Below, piece by piece: positions 40,536 to 48,901 of a stretch of DNA of 64,000 nucleotides (position 1 is its first letter; each line of letters starts with the position of its first letter). Where the stretch lies: assembly GCA_965203355.1 (NCBI GenBank), contig OZ241889.1:2528001-2592000 (forward strand). The letters run 5' to 3'. Origin of the DNA: Candidatus Latescibacterota bacterium. GTDB lineage: Bacteria; Latescibacterota; UBA2968; UBA8231. The notes below the pieces were generated by a model, which was not told the DNA's origin, ran no database searches, and was given only the letters and a program-made list of their open reading frames with translations. Position numbers and translations under genes: made by a program.

Positions 40536-42911
40536 TGTGTTACACTCATGCTGTGATGGGGATAACTGGATTAGAGAAGCTCTGTGTAAAACGGAACCAT
40601 ATATATACGAAGAAGTAGAAAAGTCTTTGGCAACCAAACTATTAGATAAAATTTATCTTGATGCTGATGCTATCGAAAAACCCCTCCACCTAGCGGCAGC
40701 TTTTGACTTGCTAGTAGCAGCAGAGTACTACCGCACTGTCGCTTCTGAAGGATGGGGGCATTGCCTCGATAAAGGTTGTTCGCTTCTATTCTATCCGTAT
40801 GTCAATGCCTGTCCAAGATGTTTACTCCAAGGCCAATTTGTGTTTCACAAGGCCAATAAACCGAAGTCTGGTTCGATTGGTTTAGCAACCTCAAAACTTT
40901 TAGCTCTTTTTTTGCAAAAACTGCTTCATAAGAAGGGGTCTCCCATTGAGGTCGTGAAGGGAAATGAGCCAGTAGATTTGGTTTTTAGAGATAACTCATC
41001 GGGTTCCGAAGTGGTCTTCTTTGCAGAGATTAAAGCAGCACCTCTTTTCACGTTACCATTGGCTATTAAAGACCAGAGATCGGCTACAGCAGTGGAGCAT
41101 TCAATGGAAACTACTCAGCATGAGGAGATATATTGTACAGGACTTTACGATTCTGAAATAGGCATATATTTACCATACAAAAAGGATGAGGTTACTTGGG
41201 GCGGACAGATTTTCCCATTAGGAAAAAAGGTTGATCAAGAAGATGAGGCATGGGCATACAATGGATTAATTAATCTTTTAGACTCAGATCCTTCATTTAT
41301 AGAGGGTTATTTTGAATTCTGGAAAGAGGCATTTGAATGCTATGGTAGCCGCCTTAAGAAAAACCCATACTGGTTTACTAATGCCTGTGGAGGTCCTGAT
41401 CCAAGACCTATTACTTGGCCAAAAAGAAAAGGAACAGGTTATGAGACTATTTCTGACGGCAAAACAAGTGTGGGTATGGATAGGACAGATGATCTTAAAA
41501 AAGCTATCTATCAAGTATTGAAGATTGGGACTGCTGGTAAGCCCACGTGTACCTTTAAGTATAAAGTGGGCATTGTGACGAACATTCCCGCAGTTAGGCA
41601 TCATGGAGAGTACATAGAGCCAGTTAAAGATATAATTTGGGCAAGGGACGAATCAGCATCTGCTCAATACGTTGGTGATTTAGCTAAAGATAAAGGGCTG
41701 TTTAATCTCTTTGATGGTATAGTTTCTTTGACTGAGGTTTCAGCTCGTGATGAATGGATTAAGGCTACATTCACTTTTTGATATGAGGAGGTATATTGTG
41801 GTGGAAGTTTTTAATCATCAACCCCGTAAGGTTGGAATGGAAGTCCAACGTAGGATCAATGCACTAGGTATTGGGCAGAAAATGCAAGATTTGCCAGAGG
41901 AACTATGGCATAAAAGCTTCCGTTACTATGTCAAAGAAGATCCTAGTCGCAAAGGGGGACCAAATCTGAGAATGATAAGACTTGATCCAGACCAGCCTTC
42001 TCTAACAGTAACAGGTTATATTTTCAATAAGTTTGTTCATCCATATGAGGACCGATTTATTACGCCGAGAGAAGCTGCGAGATTACAAGGATTTCCTGAT
42101 GACCTAGAATTTAAAGGGGTGCTCACTAGTGTTCAGAGTCAAGTCGGTGATGCAGTCCCAATCGAACTCGGTAGATCCATCTTTGAGTCACTAATGATTC
42201 TTTTAAAGAAACATTGGCCGAAGAAGAAGATTTTCAAAACTCTTAGTTTGTTTAGTGGAGCAGGTGGATTAGATATAGCCTCAGAGAGAATAAAATTTAA
42301 AGATAATAGTCATTTTGAGCTAGTCGCTTGTATTGAAATTGAAGAGGATCGCTGCGATACACTAAAAGGATATTTTAAAGATAAAGTAAAAGTATTTAAC
42401 GTAGATATTTCAGAAGTAACTACTGACACTTTACTTAGCACATGCAAAGTGTCAAAAGATGACATTTGGGTAATTTATGGCGGTCCTCCTTGCCAGTCTT
42501 TTAGCCAAGCAGGAAAACAAAAAGGAACCGACGATTCAAGAGGAATATTGGTTTTTGAATTTATACGTTTTCTAAAGGAAATAAATCCTCCTTACTTTGT
42601 CATGGAAAATGTGGCAAATATAAATGGTATTGAGAAGGGGTTTTTACTTAAAAAAATAGTACAGAAAATGAACAAAATAGGTTATAATGTCGAGAGTGGT
42701 ATACTAAATTCCGTAGATTATGGTAACGCACAGAAGAGAAGGAGATTTATCTGTTTGGGTTCAAAAAAAGGATGGCCAATAGCTAAATTGCCTTTACCGA
42801 CGCACTGTGAACAGGAAAATTTGCTTGGGTTACCACTTTTCAAAACAGTAGGTGAAGCGTTAGAGGGATTACCTTCACCAGAGTGCGAGAAAATTGCCCT
42901 AGAAAATGGGA
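40502..42911 (+). mobile_element. horizontally acquired AT-rich restriction-modification cassette (no integrase or transposase) bounded by a long target duplication
   Basis: Abrupt drop in GC and changed codon usage between the two 122-bp repeats; contains only the R and M genes. Confidence 0.85.
40519..41781 (+). CDS. putative type II restriction endonuclease (PD-(D/E)xK, BssHII-like)
   Basis: PVDLVF...AEIKAAP catalytic pattern; GMDRTDDLKKAIYQVLK block that I recall from BssHII-family enzymes; adjacent to a C5-MTase; GAGGAG SD. Confidence 0.75.
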   Translation: MLKQSDVLHSCCDGDNWIREALCKTEPYIYEEVEKSLATKLLDKIYLDADAIEKPLHLAAAFDLLVAAEYYRTVASEGWGHCLDKGCSLLFYPYVNACPRCLLQGQFVFHKANKPKSGSIGLATSKLLALFLQKLLHKKGSPIEVVKGNEPVDLVFRDNSSGSEVVFFAEIKAAPLFTLPLAIKDQRSATAVEHSMETTQHEEIYCTGLYDSEIGIYLPYKKDEVTWGGQIFPLGKKVDQEDEAWAYNGLINLLDSDPSFIEGYFEFWKEAFECYGSRLKKNPYWFTNACGGPDPRPITWPKRKGTGYETISDGKTSVGMDRTDDLKKAIYQVLKIGTAGKPTCTFKYKVGIVTNIPAVRHHGEYIEPVKDIIWARDESASAQYVGDLAKDKGLFNLFDGIVSLTEVSARDEWIKATFTF

Positions 42912-42922
42912 AGGATCTCTAA
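41801..42922 (+). CDS. DNA cytosine-5 methyltransferase with circularly permuted motif order (M.BssHII-like)
   Basis: TRD, motif IX (TPREAARLQGFPD) and X (QVGDAVP) precede I (SLFSGAGG), IV (GGPPCQSFS), VI (ENV) and VIII (QKRRR); AGGAGGT SD before GTG 41798/41801. Confidence 0.92.
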   Translation: MEVFNHQPRKVGMEVQRRINALGIGQKMQDLPEELWHKSFRYYVKEDPSRKGGPNLRMIRLDPDQPSLTVTGYIFNKFVHPYEDRFITPREAARLQGFPDDLEFKGVLTSVQSQVGDAVPIELGRSIFESLMILLKKHWPKKKIFKTLSLFSGAGGLDIASERIKFKDNSHFELVACIEIEEDRCDTLKGYFKDKVKVFNVDISEVTTDTLLSTCKVSKDDIWVIYGGPPCQSFSQAGKQKGTDDSRGILVFEFIRFLKEINPPYFVMENVANINGIEKGFLLKKIVQKMNKIGYNVESGILNSVDYGNAQKRRRFICLGSKKGWPIAKLPLPTHCEQENLLGLPLFKTVGEALEGLPSPECEKIALENGKDL

Positions 42923-43033
42923 CGTGCGCTACGTGGTGTTGGTGCCCGACGGGGCGGCCGACTATCCGCTCGACGAACTGGACGGGCAGACGCCGTTGGA
43001 GGCGGCCGCTACGCCCTGCATGGATCGCTTGGC
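42912..43033 (+). repeat. right copy of the 122-bp direct repeat
   Basis: Matches 40380-40501; supplies the MTase stop codon and the intact apgM start. Confidence 0.97.
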
Positions 43034-44114
43034 GCGCGAAGGGGCCGGGGGCTTGGTACAGATGATCCCGGCCGAGCGGCACCCAGGCAGCGACATCGGC
43101 AACCTCGAAATTTTCGGCTACGACAGCCGCATGTACTACACGGGCCGGGCGCCGTTGGAAGCCGCGAGCATGGGGGTCGATTTGGGCGCCGACGGGGTGG
43201 CTTTCCGCCTGAACCTGATCTACGGAGAGGACGACGTGCTGGTCGATTACAGCGCCGGCCACATCGCCAGCCAAGAAGCGGCTGAGCTGGTGGGGGCCTT
43301 GGCGGCTGAGTTGGGCGGGCCGACTTTGCGCTTCTATCCCGGGGTCGGCTATCGCCACTTGTTGGTGTGGGATCGCGGCCCAGAAGCCGTGGAAACCTAT
43401 CCGCCGCACGACATCATGGGCGAGTCCATGGCCGCGCATGAGCCGACGGGCGTCGGGGCCGATAAAATCTGCGCTCTTATGGACGCGGCCGGTCCCATTC
43501 TCGCGGCCTCACCGGTCAATGCCGCCCGCACCGCCCGCGGCGAGCGGCCAGCCAACGCGATATGGCTCTGGGGGGCCGGGCGCGCCCTGCGGTTGGCTTC
43601 TCTGTCGGAGCGCTACGGCTTGCAGGGCGGCGTTATCTCGGCTGTTGACTTGGTGCGCGGGATCGGCAAAAGCGCGGGCTTAGAGGTCATTGAGGTGCCC
43701 GGTATTACCGGATACCTCGATACCAACTACGAAGGCAAGGCCGAATACGCGCTGGCCGCCTTGCAGCACGCTGATTTTGTCTATGTCCACGTCGAGGCTC
43801 CTGACGAAGCCGGGCACAACGGCGACTCACGGGCCAAGGTGCAGGCCATTGAGGATTTTGATGCCCGCGTCGTCGGCCCGATTTTGGCGGGACTAGCGTC
43901 GATGGGGCCGCATCGAGTGCTGCTGACTCCCGACCACCGCACGCCCATTGCGCGGCGCACCCACAGCCGCGAGCCCGTGCCCTTTGTGTTGTGGGGGACG
44001 GGTATTGAGGCCGACTCGATGCAAGCCTATGGGGAGCGGGCGGCCGAGTGGGGTAGTATGCAGGTGGAGCACGGACATGTATTGATGGATTATCTAACGG
44101 AGAAATGCAGGTGA
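42924..44114 (+). CDS. apgM: cofactor-independent phosphoglycerate mutase family protein (ApgM; also proposed as a homoserine kinase)
   Basis: VPDGAAD...TPLEAA.TP.MD, PGSDIGN, GRAPLEAASMG, YRHLL, HVEAPDEAGH, TPDHRTP; GTG start 1 nt after the TAA. Confidence 0.9.
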   Translation: MRYVVLVPDGAADYPLDELDGQTPLEAAATPCMDRLAREGAGGLVQMIPAERHPGSDIGNLEIFGYDSRMYYTGRAPLEAASMGVDLGADGVAFRLNLIYGEDDVLVDYSAGHIASQEAAELVGALAAELGGPTLRFYPGVGYRHLLVWDRGPEAVETYPPHDIMGESMAAHEPTGVGADKICALMDAAGPILAASPVNAARTARGERPANAIWLWGAGRALRLASLSERYGLQGGVISAVDLVRGIGKSAGLEVIEVPGITGYLDTNYEGKAEYALAALQHADFVYVHVEAPDEAGHNGDSRAKVQAIEDFDARVVGPILAGLASMGPHRVLLTPDHRTPIARRTHSREPVPFVLWGTGIEADSMQAYGERAAEWGSMQVEHGHVLMDYLTEKCR

Positions 44115-45133
44115 CCAAAGCGTACAACGTAGCTATTATGGGCGCGACCGGCGCCGTAGGACAGGTGTTGTTAGAAATACTCGCCGAGCGCGCATTTCCC
44201 GTCGGCGAGTTGCGGCTGTTGGCCTCAGCCCGCTCGGCGGGCCGCTCCATTTCCTTTGATGGCCGCTCGATTCAGGTGCAGGAGTTAAAGGAGGATTCCT
44301 TTGGCGGCGTGGATATCGTCTTGGCTTCGGCCGGGGGCCACTTGAGCAAGCGGTTTAACCCGCACGCGGTCGCTGCGGGCGCGGTGGTCGTCGATAACAC
44401 GTCGGCCTATCGCCTGGACCCGGACGTGCCGCTGGTGGTGCCCGAGATCAACCCCGAGGATTTGGCGGCGCATCGCGGCATCATCGCCAATCCGAATTGT
44501 TCGACGATCATCATGGACCTGGCGATCTGGCCGCTCTATCAGCGGCGGCGGATCAAGCGCATCGTGGTCTCGACCTATCAGGCCGTTAGTGGCGCGGGGG
44601 CGCGGGCCATGGAGGAGTTAGAGACGCAAACGCGGCAGGTGCTCGCCGGGCAGGAGGCTGAACCGGCGGAATTCCCGCACCCGATCGCCTTTAACTTGTT
44701 TTCGCACGACTCGGCTGTTGGGCCGGAAGGGTATTGCGAAGAAGAACTAAAAATGATGCGCGAGACCCGCAAGATGTTCCACGACGACGCGCTGCAGATC
44801 TCGGCCACGACCATCCGCGTACCCGTGCTGCGGGCGCATTCCGAGGCGATCAACGTGGAGTTTGCCGAACCCTTTCCGGCAGCCGAGGCCGAAGCTGTTT
44901 TGGCGCAGGCCGCGGGCGTGCGGATAGTACACGATCCCGAGCAGAATTATTTCCCCATGCCGATTGAAGCCTCCGGCTGCGACGAGGTACTGGTCGGGCG
45001 CATTCGCCAGGATATTTCGCGGCCCGACGGCACTGGGCTGGACTTGTGGGTCAGCGGCGATCAGTTGCGCAAGGGCGCGGCCCTAAACGCCGTACAAATC
45101 GCCGAGCATCTCATCGCCCGCCAATTGCTATAA
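44105..45133 (+). CDS. asd: aspartate-semialdehyde dehydrogenase
   Basis: GATGAVG, VDNTSAYR, IANPNCSTI, STYQAVSGAG, RVPVLRAHSE, DQLRKGAALNAVQIAE. Confidence 0.96.
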   Translation: MQVTKAYNVAIMGATGAVGQVLLEILAERAFPVGELRLLASARSAGRSISFDGRSIQVQELKEDSFGGVDIVLASAGGHLSKRFNPHAVAAGAVVVDNTSAYRLDPDVPLVVPEINPEDLAAHRGIIANPNCSTIIMDLAIWPLYQRRRIKRIVVSTYQAVSGAGARAMEELETQTRQVLAGQEAEPAEFPHPIAFNLFSHDSAVGPEGYCEEELKMMRETRKMFHDDALQISATTIRVPVLRAHSEAINVEFAEPFPAAEAEAVLAQAAGVRIVHDPEQNYFPMPIEASGCDEVLVGRIRQDISRPDGTGLDLWVSGDQLRKGAALNAVQIAEHLIARQLL

Positions 45134-45147
45134 CGAGGGAGACCGCC

Positions 45148-45957
45148 ATGGATGTCTTGAGCAGGGCAGAACTGGATTTCTTTGCCGAACAGGGATACGT
45201 GGTCGCACGCCAAGTGATCGACCGCGACCAAGCCGAGCGCACCGGGCGCGCGGTGTGGGCATTTGCCGGCCTGGACCCAGCCGATCCCGCGACTTGGTAT
45301 CGAGCGGACCGGCGCGGCATCATGGTCGAGATTTATCACCACCAAACCATGTGGGACAATCGCACGGCTCCTCGGGTTCACCAAGCCTTTAGCCAGATTT
45401 GGGGCACGGACAAGCTATGGGTCAGCCACGACCGAGCCAGCATCAGTCCGCCAGCCTTAGACAAAGAGGCACCCGAACACAATCTGCACTGGGATGCCTC
45501 CTTGGAGCAGCGTCCTTTGTCCTTTGGCGTGCAGGGTGTGCTCTATCTGAGCGACACGCCAGCCGAGCAGGGGGCCTTTGTCTGCGTACCGGGATTCCAC
45601 CAGCGTCTAGAGGCGTGGCTCGACCAATTGCCGGCGGGGGCCAACCCCGGCGAGCAAGATCTGCTGGCCTTGGGGACGCGGCGCATTGGTGCTGAAGCGG
45701 GCGACTTGATTATTTGGCGCACGGCCTTGCCGCATACGGCGAGCGTCAATCGCGGCGACGCGCCTCGCGTGGTGCAGTACATCACCATGAGTCCGGCCGG
45801 CGATGGCGCAGAGGCGCGGCGGTTGCACCGCGACTTTTGGCAGCAACGCTTGTCCGGGTTGGGTCGCTACGCCAAGGAGCGCGAGCACTACGAGGAAAAG
45901 ACGGCGGAGTTGACGAGTGTGGGGCGGAAGCTGGCTGGGGTGGATTCTTGGGATTGA
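45148..45957 (+). CDS. phytanoyl-CoA dioxygenase (PhyH) family 2OG-Fe(II) oxygenase
   Basis: FFAEQGYVV, HWD, GAFVCVPGFH, GDLIIW...PH...N; GAGGGAG SD. Confidence 0.88.
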   Translation: MDVLSRAELDFFAEQGYVVARQVIDRDQAERTGRAVWAFAGLDPADPATWYRADRRGIMVEIYHHQTMWDNRTAPRVHQAFSQIWGTDKLWVSHDRASISPPALDKEAPEHNLHWDASLEQRPLSFGVQGVLYLSDTPAEQGAFVCVPGFHQRLEAWLDQLPAGANPGEQDLLALGTRRIGAEAGDLIIWRTALPHTASVNRGDAPRVVQYITMSPAGDGAEARRLHRDFWQQRLSGLGRYAKEREHYEEKTAELTSVGRKLAGVDSWD

Positions 45958-45972
45958 GGGGGGCGCTGGTTC

Positions 45973-47103
45973 CTAAGCGCAGATGTGTTCGATGAAGCGG
46001 GCATAGAGATCGACGCTGGCCCGCAGTTGGTCGGTTTTGATCCATTCGTTGGCGGTGTGGGCTTGCGCGATGTCGCCCGGGCCGAGGACGATCATTTGTT
46101 TCATCTTCTCGACAAAAGCCATTCCGTCCGTGCCGTAGGCTACTGTGGTGGGTTTGCGGCGTCCCGTTAGCTTGAGTGCCGTGCGGACTAGCTGGGCATC
46201 CACTGCCGTGTAGAGCGGCTCGCCGCGATGCTTGAGCGCGAAGTCGAGGCCGTGCTTTTGTGCGCTTTGGCGGGTTTTGTCGATGATATCATCGACGTCA
46301 ATGCCGGGCATGGGGCGGTAGTGGAGGGTGCAGATGCTCTGGGCGGGGGAGATGTTGGTGGCGCGATTGTGATCGTTGATGCCGATGCACCACTCGGAAT
46401 GCGGCGGCGCGAATTCCTCGTTGCGGTAGCGGTGTGCGCTGAGCACTCGCTCGTTGAATCGCTTCATCTCCGCGAGAAAGGGAATCATCTTGAGGTTCGC
46501 GTTGAGGCCCTTCAAAGTGCTGGTGTGTGCGGGGCGTCCTTTGGCGGTGATTTGCATGGCCAGCGAGCCTTTGTGGGCGTGGACCACGCGGAGGCTGGTG
46601 GGTTCGCAGATGATGCCGCAGCCGGTGCTGGCTGCGGCAAAGAGCTTGGAATGGGCCGCGACCTTTTGCGCGCCGACGGCGTGTACCTCTTCGTCGGCTG
46701 TGACGACAAGGTAGAGCGGGGCGGCAAGATCGGCCGCCTTGAAGCGGGCGGCGGCGCAAATCGAAGCGGCGAGCGGGCCTTTCATGTCGCAGGAGCCGCG
46801 GCCGTAGAGCTTGCCGTTGGCCTCGTAGGCTTCGTAGGGGTCGCCAAGCCAACCGTCGGCGGGATTGGCGGGAACGACGTCGTCGTGGCTCATCAGGGCC
46901 AGCCCACCCTCTCCAGTGCCCAGCTTGCCGACGATGGAGAGCTTGGCCACGCCCGCCTCATCGGCGTAGGGCACCTCTTCTATTTGGAAACCAAGCTGGT
47001 CTAAGATCCCGGCTATGTGTTGGGTAACTTCGACATTGCTGGTTTGGCTTTCGGACGGGTAGGCGACTAATGCCTTGGTTAGTTTGACGACATCGAGTTT
47101 CAT
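45973..47103 (-). CDS. M20 family acetylornithine deacetylase-like metallopeptidase (ArgE/DapE)
   Basis: SHDDVVP, YGRGSCDMKG, ADEE, CEPT, YGTDG, GPGDIAQAHTANE. Confidence 0.9.
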   Translation of the reverse strand: MKLDVVKLTKALVAYPSESQTSNVEVTQHIAGILDQLGFQIEEVPYADEAGVAKLSIVGKLGTGEGGLALMSHDDVVPANPADGWLGDPYEAYEANGKLYGRGSCDMKGPLAASICAAARFKAADLAAPLYLVVTADEEVHAVGAQKVAAHSKLFAAASTGCGIICEPTSLRVVHAHKGSLAMQITAKGRPAHTSTLKGLNANLKMIPFLAEMKRFNERVLSAHRYRNEEFAPPHSEWCIGINDHNRATNISPAQSICTLHYRPMPGIDVDDIIDKTRQSAQKHGLDFALKHRGEPLYTAVDAQLVRTALKLTGRRKPTTVAYGTDGMAFVEKMKQMIVLGPGDIAQAHTANEWIKTDQLRASVDLYARFIEHICA

Positions 47104-47206
47104 GGCAGATTTTCTTTCGCCGAGGAGAAAAGTTGGCACAAGGTTACAAACTTAGTAGCGGGCTATCAAGGGCCTTGACCGATCGGCCAAAAGTGGTATG
47201 TATAGC

Positions 47207-47246
47207 ACAAAAGCGGCCCGCCTCCAAAGAGTGGAAGCAGGCCGGC
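47207..47246 (-). terminator. intrinsic terminator downstream of the DUF5069-like gene
   Basis: Minus strand GGCCTGCTTCCA-CTCTT-TGGAGGCGGGCC hairpin (12 bp with G-U pairs) followed by GCTTTTGT. Confidence 0.65.
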
Positions 47247-47267
47247 AGACGAATGGGGCGCGTCCTG

Positions 47268-47702
47268 TTAGCTCAGGGCGTTGTGTAGTTCAGTCCAGTC
47301 GTCGAGGTTATTGAGGTTGACGGCGTCGAGGATGCTGCCATCGTCGCTTAGGCCAGCGGCGGCGAGGATGCTGGTGCGGGTCTCGTCGTCGTGGTTGTAG
47401 CCGCGAATGGCGGCGTTGGAAGCGTCGATTTCGCGCTGGGGAATGGAGCCGCCGCGCTGGGCTTGGACCCAATTTTCAAATTCGATGTAGCTGGCTTTGT
47501 TGTCCTTGACGTAGGCTACGGCCGCGTCGCGGTCAACGCCGAGGCCGTCGAGGACCATTTGGTCGAAGCCCGCGCCGCATTCCGGGTAATCCGCCGGCAA
47601 TTCGCCAGCCGCGCTCAGGCGCAGCTTAGACCATAGGCGGGGCAGGTGAATCGCGCCGAGCGGCCCGGCGATATCCGAGCTAATGTTAGGTATAATGGCC
47701 AT
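47268..47702 (-). CDS. DUF5069-like protein
   Basis: GPLGAIHLPRLWSK...YP.CG.GFDQMVLDGLG...YIEFENWV...LNNLDDW; GGAAGGA SD. Confidence 0.8.
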   Translation of the reverse strand: MAIIPNISSDIAGPLGAIHLPRLWSKLRLSAAGELPADYPECGAGFDQMVLDGLGVDRDAAVAYVKDNKASYIEFENWVQAQRGGSIPQREIDASNAAIRGYNHDDETRTSILAAAGLSDDGSILDAVNLNNLDDWTELHNALS

Positions 47703-47744
47703 GAGATTCCTTCCATGGGAAATAGGTTAGAAAAAACGGCTTCA

Positions 47745-47773
47745 ATAGTACGGTTGCTGAGGTCGGTTGTCAA
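47745..47773 (-). promoter_or_regulatory. near-consensus sigma70 promoter for the DUF5069-like gene
   Basis: TTGACA (47773-47768), 17 nt, TACTAT (47750-47745). Confidence 0.65.
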
Positions 47774-47785
47774 ACGGATATAAAA

Positions 47786-48889
47786 ATGGACAAAATACGC
47801 GTTGGCGTCATTGGGGCCGCTGGCCGCGGAAGCAGCTTTATCCCCACCTTGCTGGCCCATCCAGCCACGGAACTTACCGCCCTGTGCGATGTCTGCCGAG
47901 AAGAGGTTGAACGCCGTGCGGCCCAAGTGGGCGTTGGGCAGGTTTTTGCGGACGCCGACGCCATGCTCGACTCTGGAGCGGTGGATGCGATCGTCGTGGG
48001 TACGCCGATGCCGTGGCACGCGCCCCAAGCCATTGCAGCCTTAGCGCGCGACATCCACGTGCTCAGCGAGGTGCCGGCCGGCGTATCGGTCGAGGAGTGC
48101 CGCGATTTGACGCGGGCGGTGCGGCGCAGTCGAGCCGTCTATATGATGGCCGAGAATTACGTGTACACCAAGCCCAACACACTGGTAAAAGCGTTGGTCG
48201 AGCGCGGTTTTTTCGGCGAGCTGTACTATGCCGAAGGGGCGTATATCCACGAGTTGAAACAACTCAACGAGACCACGCCTTGGCGGCGACACTGGCAGAC
48301 GGGCGTCAATGGCTGTACCTATGGCACGCACAGCTTGGGGCCGGTGCTGACGTGGTTCGCCGGGCAGCGGGTCGCGGCCGTCTGCGCCGTGGGCACCGGG
48401 CACCACTACCGCGATCCGCGCGGCGATTGGTATGAAATGGAGGACTCGGTGACCATGATGTGTCGGCTCTCGGGCGGCGGGCTGGCGCACATCCGGGTCG
48501 ATATGCTCTCGGAGCGACCCCACCACATGGCACACTATGCGTTGCAGGGAACGGATGGCGCGTACGAATCGGCCGACGGTTTTGCGGCCGACGCCAAAAT
48601 CTGGTTGCGCAATCGCAGTGAGCAGCCGCGTTGGGAGCCCTTGGCGGCACTAGCGGAATTTTTGCCGGACCCTTGGCGGCACCCGCCCGCCGCCGCCCTT
48701 GCCGCCGGCCATGGCGGCGGTGACTATTGGGAGGTACAGGACTTTGTCGCGGCCATTCGCGGGGAAAGGGAACCGGCCATTGGTATTGACTTGGCCATGG
48801 CCATGACCCTGCCCGGCCTCGTCAGCCAACAGTCGATCGCCCAAGGGGCGGCTTGGGTGGCCGTGCCCGATTCGCGCAATTGGACCTAG
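47786..48889 (+). CDS. Gfo/Idh/MocA family oxidoreductase
   Basis: IRVGVIG, HVLSEVP, YMMAENY, YAEGAYIH, YGTHSLGP, GHGGGD. Confidence 0.9.
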   Translation: MDKIRVGVIGAAGRGSSFIPTLLAHPATELTALCDVCREEVERRAAQVGVGQVFADADAMLDSGAVDAIVVGTPMPWHAPQAIAALARDIHVLSEVPAGVSVEECRDLTRAVRRSRAVYMMAENYVYTKPNTLVKALVERGFFGELYYAEGAYIHELKQLNETTPWRRHWQTGVNGCTYGTHSLGPVLTWFAGQRVAAVCAVGTGHHYRDPRGDWYEMEDSVTMMCRLSGGGLAHIRVDMLSERPHHMAHYALQGTDGAYESADGFAADAKIWLRNRSEQPRWEPLAALAEFLPDPWRHPPAAALAAGHGGGDYWEVQDFVAAIRGEREPAIGIDLAMAMTLPGLVSQQSIAQGAAWVAVPDSRNWT

Positions 48890-48901
48890 CAGAGCCAAAC
48901 C

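Noticed and set aside
40380-43033. IS/transposon or att-site integration of the R-M cassette
   Set aside because: No transposase, integrase, terminal inverted repeats or tRNA; the repeats are host coding sequence
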